NCBI GenBank assembly: GCA_965217035.1
Contig: OZ244226.1
Location: 372,001 to 436,000, forward strand
Reading direction: 5' to 3'
Length of the DNA stretch: 64,000 nt
From: Bacteriovoracaceae bacterium
GTDB taxonomy: Bacteria; Bdellovibrionota; Bacteriovoracia; Bacteriovoracales; Bacteriovoracaceae
The notes under the pieces were generated by a model, which was not told where the DNA came from, made no database searches, and saw nothing but the letters and a program-made list of their open reading frames with translations. The translations under genes were made by a program, and so were the position numbers. This document shows, piece by piece, positions 19,123 to 29,534 of this stretch. The first letter of the stretch is position 1, and every line of letters starts with the position of its first letter.

Positions 19123-19614
19123 ATGAAAAAGCTAGGCCAGATTATTGATTCACTTTGCACAAATGTTTTGTTTGTCATCGTGTTTTTAATGATAGGTCTT
19201 AGTCTCATCTCTATCATTGCAAGACTTTTTAGTGTGACTTCGATGTGGATTGATCCCTTGCTCAGACACCTTGTTTTCTTGTCAGCTTTTTTAGGTGGTG
19301 TTCTTGCCATTGGTTCTGACAAGCATATTAAGATTGATGTTCTTTCAAAATTTATTGAATACAAGTATAAAGACAGTCCGAAGTTTCAATCTTATTATCA
19401 ATTTTTTACATTAATCATTACACTGCTTATCGTTTATTTTCTTGGAAAAGCTGGTTATGACTTTTTTTTGACTGAAAAGGAATATGGGCAAGAAGTCTTT
19501 TTAGGGCTTCACTCTTCGACTTTGACCTCTATCATTCCTATTGGTTTCTTTCTGATTCTTTTAAGAGGAATCATTAAAAGCTGGACTCTTCTCAAGTCGG
19601 AGGAGACTCTTTAA
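19123..19614 (+). CDS. dctQ: TRAP small permease
   Basis: 4 hydrophobic segments, KHIKIDV. Confidence 0.9.
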   Translation: MKKLGQIIDSLCTNVLFVIVFLMIGLSLISIIARLFSVTSMWIDPLLRHLVFLSAFLGGVLAIGSDKHIKIDVLSKFIEYKYKDSPKFQSYYQFFTLIITLLIVYFLGKAGYDFFLTEKEYGQEVFLGLHSSTLTSIIPIGFFLILLRGIIKSWTLLKSEETL

Positions 19615-20873
19615 TGGGTGAATTAGGAATCGTACTGGTTTTTATTCTTTTCGCTCTCGCTGGAGTTCCACTCTTTGGAATCATGGGAGGGCTCGCAGTT
19701 TTTCTTTTTCAAGCAGTCGACATTGAAACTTCTGCTGTTGCGATTGAAATGTATCGAGTCGCTGCTTCTCCTACTCTATTAACAATTCCACTTTTTACTT
19801 TTGCTGGCTATATGATGGCAGAGTCTGGTTCTCCAAAACGTCTTCTCGATGTTGCTGATTCCTTGCTCGGTCGACTCCCTGGAGGAATTGCGATTGTTGC
19901 TCTTACTGTCTGTGCTTTCTTTACAGCATTTACGGGCGCTAGTGGGATCACAATTATTGCTTTAGGCGGGCTTCTTTATCCTATTCTTAGAAGGAAAAAA
20001 TACTCAGAAAACTTCACACTAGGGCTTATTACAACTTCAGGATCTTTAGGGCTTCTTTTCCCACCTAGCTTACCTCTTATCCTCTACGGCATTATTGCTA
20101 AAGTTGATATTGATAAACTCTTTAAGGCAGGGATCATTCCAGGAACGATTCTTATTGCAGCTCTTTCAGCTTACTCTATTTGGAAAGAGTCTGGAGAATA
20201 TGATGACACCAGAATTATTCCAAATCTGAAAGGGGCACTATACAGAGCAAGATATGAACTCCCACTTCCTTTTATTATTTTAGGAGGAATTTATTCTGGA
20301 ACTTTTACCGTCACTGAAGCATCAACAATTACTGTTGCTTATGTTTTTATTATGGAATGTTTTCTTTATAAGGATTTGAGTCTCACTAAAGATATTCCAA
20401 AGATCGTAAAGGATAGTATGACTTTAGTTGGGGCAATTCTTTTGATTCTTAGCTGTGCGCTAGGACTAACGAATTACCTGATCGACGAAGAAATCCCGAT
20501 GATGATTCTTGAGAAACTTAAGGAAGTGATCGATAATAAATATGCATTCCTTTTTTTCCTGAATATTTTCCTTCTTATCGTTGGAAGCCTGATGGATATC
20601 TTCAGTGCTATTATCGTAGTCCTTCCACTTATTCTTCCACTAGCGGAGAACTATGGAATTCATCCGATTCATTTGGCCATCATCTTTCTTACGAATCTAG
20701 AAATAGGATTTATCACTCCACCCGTTGGAATTAACCTCTTTATTAGTAGTTTCCGTTTTGATAAGTCGATTATCAGTCTCTATAAAGCCTCGTTTCCATT
20801 CCTCCTAATTCTGCTTGGCTGCCTGATTTTACTGACTTACACGCCGTGGTTGAGTCTCGTTCTTGTTGAATAG
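19614..20873 (+). CDS. dctM: TRAP large permease
   Basis: IPLFTFAG, GLLFPPS, GFITPPVGINLF. Confidence 0.93.
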   Translation: MGELGIVLVFILFALAGVPLFGIMGGLAVFLFQAVDIETSAVAIEMYRVAASPTLLTIPLFTFAGYMMAESGSPKRLLDVADSLLGRLPGGIAIVALTVCAFFTAFTGASGITIIALGGLLYPILRRKKYSENFTLGLITTSGSLGLLFPPSLPLILYGIIAKVDIDKLFKAGIIPGTILIAALSAYSIWKESGEYDDTRIIPNLKGALYRARYELPLPFIILGGIYSGTFTVTEASTITVAYVFIMECFLYKDLSLTKDIPKIVKDSMTLVGAILLILSCALGLTNYLIDEEIPMMILEKLKEVIDNKYAFLFFLNIFLLIVGSLMDIFSAIIVVLPLILPLAENYGIHPIHLAIIFLTNLEIGFITPPVGINLFISSFRFDKSIISLYKASFPFLLILLGCLILLTYTPWLSLVLVE

Positions 20874-21025
20874 AGGGAATTACTAAAGAGCTCTTGGGTT
20901 TTCAGAAGGCTTTTGATTGAGCTCGACTTCAAAGAAGACAACCACCACCATCATTATGAATAGAGTTTTATAAGGAAGGTTAGATAATAAAAATTGAACC
21001 TTCTTTGACTTGGCACTTGGAGCAC

Positions 21026-21382
21026 TTAGGCTCTGAAGTACCAGGTTCGTTGATCTGGATCTTTAATTTTTAATTGTAGTTCTTTCTTGAGCTTTAGATC
21101 AAAGAAATCCATCTCAAAATTCCCCTTCGCCTCTTGACGAGCATAAAGGAAAAGCTCCATCTTCTTTTGAATATCTTCTAGCTCTTCTTTACTCAAATGA
21201 AATTCAAACTCATCATCTGACTTTACATTTTCTTGTGACCGACAATGAATTCGAAGTTTTCCGAATTCAGCAACACATTCCTCTTCATTACTTTTAATCG
21301 TTTCATAATCGAGGACATCCTCTAAAAAAGTATTAAGAAGATGCAAGTGCGAAGTCACAAGCTTTAATCTTTCCAATTCCAT
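21026..21382 (-). CDS. Hypothetical protein, possibly degenerate VOC/glyoxalase fold
   Basis: 118-aa ORF; C-terminal KDPDQRTW resembles the VOC DPDGN motif. Confidence 0.55.
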   Translation of the reverse strand: MELERLKLVTSHLHLLNTFLEDVLDYETIKSNEEECVAEFGKLRIHCRSQENVKSDDEFEFHLSKEELEDIQKKMELFLYARQEAKGNFEMDFFDLKLKKELQLKIKDPDQRTWYFRA

Positions 21383-21391
21383 ATTAAAATT

Positions 21392-22207
21392 CTAGAATCT
21401 GGTGAGTGCATTGTAAACGACAGGGTCATGCATTCGAAAATAGAGTGTGCGTTTCAAGTCTTTTAATTGATCAATCAGTTTAGAGAGAATAATAGACTGA
21501 TGCACTTCAGTTTCAAGAATAAGTTTCGGATCATCCTTCGGAAGATCGCTAAAACGCAGAAATGACTTACGAGAAACACCAATAATAAAGTCTTTATCAA
21601 ACTCACGAATCAATTCAGGAAGCTTCTTTATTAACTCATGATTTTGCTCTCGAGTTTTAGAAAAACCAAAACAAGGATCCAAATAGACCTTATTTTTAAT
21701 ATCTCTCTTTGAAAAATTTTGAAATTTTTCAAAGATATTAAGCTCATCAGTCAGATAGTTCATATGGTGACTCGTCTCTGACTTCTCCGGAACATTAGTA
21801 TGAGAAAAGACATAACTCATATGCGGAAACTCTTTAAGAAGCTCTTGAGTCTTGACTCCGAAGACACCGGAGACATCATTCCAAATCAGCTCACCAGGGC
21901 CTTGAAAGTTCTTTGCGAAGTAGCGAACTGTATCGAGGTGATAAGAATCAATGGAAACTCTAGGGAAAGTTTTTAATGCTTCAAAATTTACAATTCCAAG
22001 CCGATCTATTTCCTGTTCGGCCACAATAGGATTATTAAAAGGAGCTGTTGATTCAGCTCCAATATCGATGATATCTGCGTCTTTAAATTCTTGAAGCTTG
22101 AGATTGAAGCTCTCCGGAGTATTAGCTTTTCCTCCGTCCGAAAAAGAATCGGGGGTCGCGTTTACGACCCCCATTAATCCTATCTGTAAATTTTCAAATT
22201 GCTTCAT
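21392..22207 (-). CDS. folP: Dihydropteroate synthase
   Basis: MGVVNATPDSFSDGG, DIGAEST, DPCFGFSK, GVSRKS. Confidence 0.95.
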   Translation of the reverse strand: MKQFENLQIGLMGVVNATPDSFSDGGKANTPESFNLKLQEFKDADIIDIGAESTAPFNNPIVAEQEIDRLGIVNFEALKTFPRVSIDSYHLDTVRYFAKNFQGPGELIWNDVSGVFGVKTQELLKEFPHMSYVFSHTNVPEKSETSHHMNYLTDELNIFEKFQNFSKRDIKNKVYLDPCFGFSKTREQNHELIKKLPELIREFDKDFIIGVSRKSFLRFSDLPKDDPKLILETEVHQSIILSKLIDQLKDLKRTLYFRMHDPVVYNALTRF

Positions 22208-24136
22208 CTATGCTGGAACAGTAGAACCACCACCAGTTGGATACTTCTTATCCGCTTTTTCGGTTTTTGTTGAGCCGCTAGAATCCTTCTTCTTTGGCTT
22301 ATCATCAACCGAAATCTGAGGAAGTCCTATGTCTTGCCCTTCCGTAATGGCCTTAACTTGAGCCGAATCAAGAGTTTCCCATTGGATGAGAGCTTCACTC
22401 AGTCTGATTAAGGTATCCTTATTATCAGTTAAAATCTTAGTGGCAAGCTCGTAGTTCGTTTGAACGATATTATACATTTCTTGATCAATCTTCTGAGCTG
22501 TCTCTTCAGAAACAATATTCTCAAATTGATTATTACCGCCAAAAGGATTCGTTTTAGCCTTTCCAAAAGAAACTGGTCCCAGAGATTTCGACATCCCCCA
22601 ATTACAAACCATATTATAAGAAAGCTCAGTCGCTCTTTCGATATCGTTTGAAGCACCATTCGTCATCTTTCCAAAGATAATCTCTTCAGCACAACGCCCT
22701 CCCATTAAGAAAGCAATAAAATTTTCTGCTCTCTCACGAGACATATTAAGTTTATCTTCATCTGGAAGTGTTTGAGTGACCCCTAGAGCACCACCACGAG
22801 GAATGATTGTAACCTTATGGATCGGATCAGTATAAGGAAGGTGCATTCCAACCAGAGTATGCCCGGCTTCATGATACGCCGTGACTCGTTTTTCTTCATC
22901 GCTAATCATAAGAGACTTACGAGCAACACCCATTAAGACTTTGTCTTTTGCATTTTCAAAATCGATATCACCGATCTTTTTCTTATTTTCTCGAGCAGCA
23001 AGTAGGGCCGCTTCGTTAACAAGGTTCGCAAGGTCAGCCCCAGTAAATCCAGGTGTTCCCTTTGCAATATTTTCTAAATTAATCTTTGGCTCAAGTGGAG
23101 TTTTCTCTGTATGAACTTTAAGAATCCCAAGACGCCCACGAACATCTGGTCTTCCAACATTAACTCTTCTATCAAATCGTCCTGGACGAAGAAGTGCATT
23201 ATCAAGAACATCAATTCTATTTGTCGCAGCAATTAGAATAACACCTTCATTCGATTCAAAACCATCCATCTCTACAAGGAGTTGGTTAAGAGTTTGCTCT
23301 CTCTCATCGTGACCACCTCCCATTCCGGCACCTCTATGGCGACCAACGGCATCGATCTCATCGATGAAGATAATACAAGGAGCGTGTTTCTTACCTTGTT
23401 CAAATAAATCTCTAACTCTTGAAGCACCAACACCAACAAACATTTCAACAAAGTCAGAACCAGAGATCGAAAAGAATGGAACCCCCGCTTCACCAGCGAC
23501 AGCTCTTGCAAGAAGAGTTTTTCCTGTACCAGGAGGACCAATTAAGAGAACCCCTTTAGGGATCTTTCCACCAAGTGACGTATATTTTTTCGGATCTTTT
23601 AAGAAGTCGACGACTTCCTTTAATTCTTCTTTTGCTTCATCAACACCAGCAACATCAGAGAAGACAACTTTCTTATCACTTTCGTTAAGCATCTTCGCTC
23701 GTGACTTTCCAAAGCTCATTGCTTTTCCACCACCCGATTGAATCTGGCGAAGAAAGAAATAAAACAAAAATAAAATAAGCAACATTGGAAACCAGTTAAT
23801 CAAGATCGTTGATAATAGTCCTTGCTCTTCTTTCTTTAAATAATCGGGAACAATACCTGCAGCTTTAAGATCTTTTAAGTTTGAATCATTTGAAAGATCG
23901 CCGGTTGTCTCAAAGCGCGCACCATTTTCATGATCCGCCATAAACTTTCCAGAGATCGCTTTGGTGTCAACCTGGTATTGAACCGATTCGATTTTCCCCT
24001 CTTTAACAAGAGTATCGAATTCAGAATACTGAAGTGTTTTTACATTTCCTGGTTTTTTATCGAGTGATTTCATGAGGAGCGCAGTCATCATGATCACGAC
24101 AATCCAGAGCATCAGAGTTTTGTGTTGTTTTTTCAT
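22208..24136 (-). CDS. ftsH: ATP-dependent zinc metalloprotease FtsH
   Basis: Two TMs, [21 protein letters not shown]; start MKKQH after AAGGA. Confidence 0.98.
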   Translation of the reverse strand: MKKQHKTLMLWIVVIMMTALLMKSLDKKPGNVKTLQYSEFDTLVKEGKIESVQYQVDTKAISGKFMADHENGARFETTGDLSNDSNLKDLKAAGIVPDYLKKEEQGLLSTILINWFPMLLILFLFYFFLRQIQSGGGKAMSFGKSRAKMLNESDKKVVFSDVAGVDEAKEELKEVVDFLKDPKKYTSLGGKIPKGVLLIGPPGTGKTLLARAVAGEAGVPFFSISGSDFVEMFVGVGASRVRDLFEQGKKHAPCIIFIDEIDAVGRHRGAGMGGGHDEREQTLNQLLVEMDGFESNEGVILIAATNRIDVLDNALLRPGRFDRRVNVGRPDVRGRLGILKVHTEKTPLEPKINLENIAKGTPGFTGADLANLVNEAALLAARENKKKIGDIDFENAKDKVLMGVARKSLMISDEEKRVTAYHEAGHTLVGMHLPYTDPIHKVTIIPRGGALGVTQTLPDEDKLNMSRERAENFIAFLMGGRCAEEIIFGKMTNGASNDIERATELSYNMVCNWGMSKSLGPVSFGKAKTNPFGGNNQFENIVSEETAQKIDQEMYNIVQTNYELATKILTDNKDTLIRLSEALIQWETLDSAQVKAITEGQDIGLPQISVDDKPKKKDSSGSTKTEKADKKYPTGGGSTVPA

Positions 24137-24319
24137 TCGAAAATCCTTAAAAATCAATTTCTTAACATTCTTAAGATGGGGTCACCAAGGAGAATGTCTA
24201 GACTTAAAATTTAACATGAAAGCTAATTTAATAATAGAAGAGGGAGTTTTCTGACCCCAGAAATCACCTTTTGTTTACAAATCGAAGCTCTGACATAGAT
24301 TACGCAACAAAAACAAATT

Positions 24320-25285
24320 TTATCGAGGAGCTTTTGAATGATTAAATACAATAACCTTTTTTGAGATATGGGCCTGAACTCCACCGGAAAAGCTTACTGG
24401 ACCCTTCTTCGAGTTTCGATAAGCTTGCACTAATTTATCCAATTGGCCTGCGATGCTGCCCCTCTTTTTTTTAGAGAGACTATGAATGACACGACGAATT
24501 TCTGGCTTATAAGATTCAATATCTTTTTCAACCTTGAGAATGATAGAATCCTCAACCTTCTCTACTAAAGTCTTTTCAGTTTTTTGAATCAATTCAGTTT
24601 TTTGATTCACATAATGCTTTAAGTATTTAGGAAAACGCTTTTTGATCTTCGGAATGATCTCATGGCGAACAAAATTTCTCTCGTAAGAAAGGTCTTGATT
24701 TGTTTTGTCTTCCTGATAGCTAAGCTTTTCTTTCGAAGCATATTTTTCAATTTGATCTTTAGAAACACAAAGAAAAGGACGAATAACAGGAGTTCTCTTT
24801 ATCGGAATCCCTAAGGTTTTATGAGGGTTTGATGTTTTAAATGATTGCATTAAAGACCATTCAAAAGAATCATCGAGATGATGGGCCGTTGTGATCTGTG
24901 CATTGAAACGAGCAGCATATCTTTTATAGATACTTTCACGTGCTTCTCTTAAAACATGTTCTTGAGAAGTCTTAGTTTTCACAGTCTCAAAATGAAACTC
25001 GAGATTGTATTTATCAGCAAGCTCAATCACGACTTCAAGATCTGCCTTATGCTCTTCTTTCGATCTGGTTTGATGATTAATATGAAGTAAACCAAGCTCT
25101 CGACCTATTGCGTTTTTCTGATGAATTCGGGCCAAACAATCAGTGAGAACAATTGAGTCCAATCCGCCTGAGACTGCTACTAATAGGGTCTTTCCAGGGT
25201 TAAAAAGGTTATGCTTATAAGCGAATTTCTCCACCCAATTGGCGAATTTCACCGAGTATAAGGAAGGCTTGTTTTGACTCTCCAC
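24320..25285 (-). CDS. tilS: tRNA(Ile)-lysidine synthetase
   Basis: PP-loop SGGLDS, HINH, TAHHLDD, IRPFL, RNFVR; tilS-ftsH-folP synteny; start GTG 25285 (alternative TTG 25309). Confidence 0.9.
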   Translation of the reverse strand: MESQNKPSLYSVKFANWVEKFAYKHNLFNPGKTLLVAVSGGLDSIVLTDCLARIHQKNAIGRELGLLHINHQTRSKEEHKADLEVVIELADKYNLEFHFETVKTKTSQEHVLREARESIYKRYAARFNAQITTAHHLDDSFEWSLMQSFKTSNPHKTLGIPIKRTPVIRPFLCVSKDQIEKYASKEKLSYQEDKTNQDLSYERNFVRHEIIPKIKKRFPKYLKHYVNQKTELIQKTEKTLVEKVEDSIILKVEKDIESYKPEIRRVIHSLSKKKRGSIAGQLDKLVQAYRNSKKGPVSFSGGVQAHISKKVIVFNHSKAPR

Positions 25286-25286
25286 A

Positions 25287-25315
25287 TTGACATTTGTACG
25301 CCATTTCAATAGGAT
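25287..25315 (+). promoter_or_regulatory. sigma70 promoter of tRNA
   Basis: TTGACA-N17-TAGGAT, 23 bp before the tRNA. Confidence 0.8.
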
Positions 25316-25338
25316 TTGAAAATCTTTTTATGATGTAT

Positions 25339-25415
25339 GGCTGGGTAGCTCAGTTGGTTAGAGCACCGGATTCATATCCCGGGGGTCGGCAGTTCAACTC
25401 TGCCTCCAGCTACCA
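25339..25415 (+). tRNA. tRNA-Met(CAT), probably elongator
   Basis: 77-nt cloverleaf: GGCTGGG/TCCAGCT acceptor, GCTC/GAGC D stem, CAT anticodon, GGCAG-TTCAACT-CTGCC T arm, encoded CCA. Confidence 0.95.
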
Positions 25416-25657
25416 TAAAGGGAATAAAATCATCTACTTGCGAACTCCGAAAATTAACTGAAAAAAAGTAGGGTCCACATTGGGTCTACGGCCTTTTGAA
25501 AATTTGAAGAGAGCAAGAGTTTATAGAATTTTGGATTAATGCTTTTAATAACTTAGAAAGTTTAAAATATGATCCCCGGACGTTGCGACCGGTGGTCAAA
25601 ATTGAAAGAATGCTTCTCTTCTCATAGCTTTACTTGAAAGGTTTGGTCGAGTGATTA

Positions 25658-26701
25658 TTATAATTGATCTTGAATTTTATCTAGATAACTTTCGTATAAA
25701 TCTATTAAGCTATCTTCTTCATCATATTTGGGAGGATCTCCAAGACATTCAATGTTCTGTACGGCAAAATCAAACGTTTTTTTTATGGCCTCAGTAGTAG
25801 TAACTGGATTTGTAAAACCTGTTTCTGCCTCGTAAAGAGTACTATCAATTATCAAATGTTGTGGAGGTGCACTTCTATAGTTTTTGTCTTTGCGAATTAT
25901 TTCTTCTGGTACTATATGAAACTCAAACTCATGTCCTAAAATTGAAGCATACATCTCAGTCCATCTTCTTAAAGATCGTGAATACTTTTCACCTAAGTTA
26001 TAAATTTTTCCATCACAAATATCTTTATCAAAAGAATGGATAATTGCAGCTGCAATATTTTCAATATACCCAAATGTATAAACTTGGCATTGCTCTCGAT
26101 CAGAAAAGACTATTTTCTTTCGTTTATCTATTATTCTTCTAATTATCTTTCCATGTCTTCCTTGATATTGATAATCTTCAGGCCCATAAACCATTGGTAA
26201 TCTAAAAACAGTCAATCCTATTTCTTTTCTTTCAAATGATTGAACTAAAATATCTGTAAGTAGATTCTTGTCATACCTTTCAGTCCAAACACCTTTATTT
26301 TTAGAGTCACTCCAGTAGTATTTCATTTTGCTGAGCTGTGAATACTCTCGAACAGGTAGTTCTGCTTTATCGATGCATCGATTTAAACCTTGAAAAGCTT
26401 CATAACTATCACATGAACTTAGTAGAACAATTCTTGTATTTGTGTCTTTAAATAAGTCCACAGTATCAATCGCGTGCTCTTCAGTATAAGCGATACAGTG
26501 AACGACAATGTCGAATTTATGAGATAACAGCTCATTTTTATATTGAGATATATCTTTGATGTCTCCTTTAATAAGGGGAAATTGATTTTTTGTGATGGAA
26601 ACACCTCGATTGAACAAAATAACCTCATGTCCAGCTCTTAAAGAATACTCTGCTATTCTTTTTCCAATGAATCGAGTTCCACCAATAATCAAAATTTTCA
26701 T
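25658..26701 (-). CDS. NAD-dependent epimerase/dehydratase family (atypical SDR)
   Basis: IIGGTRFIG, LFNRG, RLPMVYGP. Confidence 0.85.
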   Translation of the reverse strand: MKILIIGGTRFIGKRIAEYSLRAGHEVILFNRGVSITKNQFPLIKGDIKDISQYKNELLSHKFDIVVHCIAYTEEHAIDTVDLFKDTNTRIVLLSSCDSYEAFQGLNRCIDKAELPVREYSQLSKMKYYWSDSKNKGVWTERYDKNLLTDILVQSFERKEIGLTVFRLPMVYGPEDYQYQGRHGKIIRRIIDKRKKIVFSDREQCQVYTFGYIENIAAAIIHSFDKDICDGKIYNLGEKYSRSLRRWTEMYASILGHEFEFHIVPEEIIRKDKNYRSAPPQHLIIDSTLYEAETGFTNPVTTTEAIKKTFDFAVQNIECLGDPPKYDEEDSLIDLYESYLDKIQDQL

Positions 26702-26964
26702 AATTAAATAATCTCAAAACAAAAACTATTTGTCTTCATCAAAGAAGTTCTCAACACCAAATACAAGTTATTTCGTATCTTTAAGTACAGCAGCCGCCGT
26801 ACTATCAGTTCAGGAAAAAAGGCTAAAAGAACAGCCATACTTCTCTTTTTAGGAAATAATCTAATTAAGAACGAATTAAGGAAATCCTAATTTTATATTG
26901 AATGCTAAAAATTTAAGCCTAAGAAAGCTATTGCTCCATCTGAAATCGGAGTGAAACCAAATGA

Positions 26965-28800
26965 CGCAAGTTTGACACTTTTGAGAGCTTAAACCACCTT
27001 CATTTTTAGTAAGAGCTTATTTTTCGCTATTTTTCCATCAAACTGGAACTACATACTGCATCTCTGGGTTGGATCTAAAAAGTACTTTCTTCGGTGCTCG
27101 CATCTTAAGCGCTTTAAATATCTTCGATGCTCCTGTCTTTATCTTCGTTAAAACATGCATTTCTTCTTTATCAACCTTCATCTCAACAACTGACAATGCT
27201 TTTAAATCCTTCAAGCAGTTCATATAAGACAAATTCTTATCAAGCTTCTTCATTCGACTCTCAAGCTCTCTTCTCATAATTAACGCTAAAAAACAGATAA
27301 ACACATGTGCTCTAATTCTCTTGGTTGTGAAGTGATATAAAGGCTCCAACTTAAGCTCACTTTTTAACTGCCTAAAGCCTTGCTCGATTTGCCAAAGTCC
27401 TTTATACGCCTCAACCACTTGAGGTGCAGAAAGAACAGCGTTAGAGGTTAAAACAAAAACGCCATCAAACAGCTCATCCTTGGCGATCTTCTTTTTACAG
27501 AGCTCTGGGGCTTCTCCTTTAATCGTTAAAAACTTCTTATAATCTTTGTTACTGACAATCGATTCAATCCTTTTTGACTTAATTCTATCTTTAATACTTT
27601 TCAGGATTTGCTCTCGCTTGTGCCTATCAAGCTCTGCTCGTTCCTTATTGTAGCAAAAGATCAATCTTTTCTTACGATACTCAACCTCTTTATATTGAAG
27701 CTTGGTGTTTTTAAGCTTTTTAAGATCTACTTTTTTAAAAACATCTTCTCTGTCTGATTTAGAGATCGTTCGCATCCGATATCCCAGAACATACTCAAGC
27801 CCAAGATTCTCAAGATGAGCAATATTCTTATGAGAGATCATCCCTCGATCTCCAACTAAGATAATTCTCTTAAGATCATACTTATCAACGCATTTATTAA
27901 TCACCTCTTCAAAACAAACCACATCGTTTTTATTACCAGCAAAGGTCTCATGCCCCAGAGGGATTCCGTCTTCACTCATCAGAACACCGACAACAATTTG
28001 CTTTAAATCACTTCTTCTTTTTTTGGAGAAGCCGTTTTTCAAGAGCTCACTATTCTCGTTTTTATCCTCTCCATAAAACACAATACTGGTGGTATCAAAA
28101 AAGACCATGCTACGACTAGCTTTACTCAAAGACTGCATCTTAGAGAACACTTTTTTTTCAATAACATCCTTATGATCAATCAAGTAATCCATCGCTCGGT
28201 AATACTCGTGCAGATCAAATTTTGAGAGTCCATAAAAATTATCTTCAAAGTTATACATCTGTCTTTTGCTACAGGCATCACTAAGGCGATTCACAACCAA
28301 GTTGAAGACCGCTCTTTCTAGATCAAATAGAGTATTAACATCATCAAAAGATGCTTTGAGAATCTTTCCAAGTTCTAGTTTTTGCCATAGTTTTTGAAAA
28401 ACGATGACGGGACCATAGGACTTTGCTTGTAGAGGCACAATATCTTTATCTCTTTTAATTTGTTTTACTTTAGTGGCGTGAGGAAGGAGCATTTGCAGTA
28501 GATTATTGATTTTCTCTACGTTTTTCTCATCATCAAGTCTTCCGAAGTTAAAAAGAGTTCGGTTACGAACTTTACCGTTGTCACGATAAGACTCAACGAT
28601 CTGGAGATATTTAATATCTGGATACTGAGGATATTTTTTTATTTTAACGTACATGAGAAGTATCAAAACATAAAAATCACAAGCCGTGAAGGCCTAAACA
28701 GTTTTTACTGGCCACTACTAGATATTTGGCAAAACAAGTGAAAGCTCAATGTTTATAGGATAAAGCAAAGATTTAACTAGATAGAAGTGTCAAACTTGCG
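26965..28800 (-). mobile_element. IS1634-family insertion sequence
   Basis: Perfect 16-bp terminal inverted repeats CGCAAGTTTGACACTT (26965-26980) / AAGTGTCAAACTTGCG (28785-28800) around an intact transposase. Confidence 0.9.
27038..28666 (-). CDS. IS1634-family DDE transposase
   Basis: YLQIVESYR, FFDTTS, GFSK, VGDRG, YKGLWQIEQGFRQLKS, RIRAHVFICFLA. Confidence 0.92.
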   Translation of the reverse strand: MILLMYVKIKKYPQYPDIKYLQIVESYRDNGKVRNRTLFNFGRLDDEKNVEKINNLLQMLLPHATKVKQIKRDKDIVPLQAKSYGPVIVFQKLWQKLELGKILKASFDDVNTLFDLERAVFNLVVNRLSDACSKRQMYNFEDNFYGLSKFDLHEYYRAMDYLIDHKDVIEKKVFSKMQSLSKASRSMVFFDTTSIVFYGEDKNENSELLKNGFSKKRRSDLKQIVVGVLMSEDGIPLGHETFAGNKNDVVCFEEVINKCVDKYDLKRIILVGDRGMISHKNIAHLENLGLEYVLGYRMRTISKSDREDVFKKVDLKKLKNTKLQYKEVEYRKKRLIFCYNKERAELDRHKREQILKSIKDRIKSKRIESIVSNKDYKKFLTIKGEAPELCKKKIAKDELFDGVFVLTSNAVLSAPQVVEAYKGLWQIEQGFRQLKSELKLEPLYHFTTKRIRAHVFICFLALIMRRELESRMKKLDKNLSYMNCLKDLKALSVVEMKVDKEEMHVLTKIKTGASKIFKALKMRAPKKVLFRSNPEMQYVVPV

Positions 28801-28921
28801 ACAATTATCTTATTGGAAACATATTTATATATCAGTCTTCCACCCTTCTCATTAAGGTGAATAGAACGTTCATTTTAGCGACTCCCCTTTAATTTATGAT
28901 CGTTGAGGGAGCCTTGCTAAC

Positions 28922-29512
28922 TGTGACTTAAGGTATTCACCAGAAGAAATTATTCAACATCTAAGAAATCTTGAGATTGTTCAAGATAAAAGCGAAACCA
29001 TCGAAGAGCTCGCCCGCAAAATCTCAGTCCACGCAGTCACTTTATCAAAATAGAAAAAAGAGGACGGTAGTTTGAAAATCACTCAAGCAAAAAGACTCAA
29101 GGAACTTGAAAAAGAAAACTCTCGACTCAAAAGGCTTTTGGCAGAAGCAGAACTTGATAAAGCAGCAATGAAGGAAGTCATCAGGGAACTTTGACTCGCG
29201 AAGCGAAAACGACTAAGCCCAACTCGAAAACGAGAAGCCGCTAATCATATTATGAGAAAGTTCAAACTCTCAGAGCGTAGGAGTTGCAAAATTGAAAGAT
29301 GAGATATGAGTTTTTAAATGGAAAGATTCTTTATTCGCTAAAGGAGTTTAGGATTATGACTGAGAGATGGGTAAGGCAATACAACACGATGAGATCGCAT
29401 CAGAGCTTAGGCTTGAGACCAGCATGCCTAGAGACAGTAGTTCCAGATTGGGAAGCTCTTGCGATATAGAAGTTAGTCTTGTAAATGGTAGTAAAAGTTC
29501 GGGCTAGTCACA
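28922..29512 (+). pseudogene. Internally deleted IS3-family element remnant
   Basis: OrfA RYSPEEII...SK*KK...RLKELEKENSRLKRLLAE with TGG>TAG; OrfB start LSERRSC joined to C-terminus YNTMRSHQSLG; ends TGTGACT / AGTCACA. Confidence 0.85.
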
Positions 29513-29534
29513 CTTTAAGACTTAATACTTTTTA

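Noticed and set aside
20880..21025. Open minus-strand frame between dctM and the 21026 ORF
   Set aside because: No credible start or RBS; short
26720..26940. Possible gene fragment left of IS1634
   Set aside because: Interrupted by stops and no recognisable family
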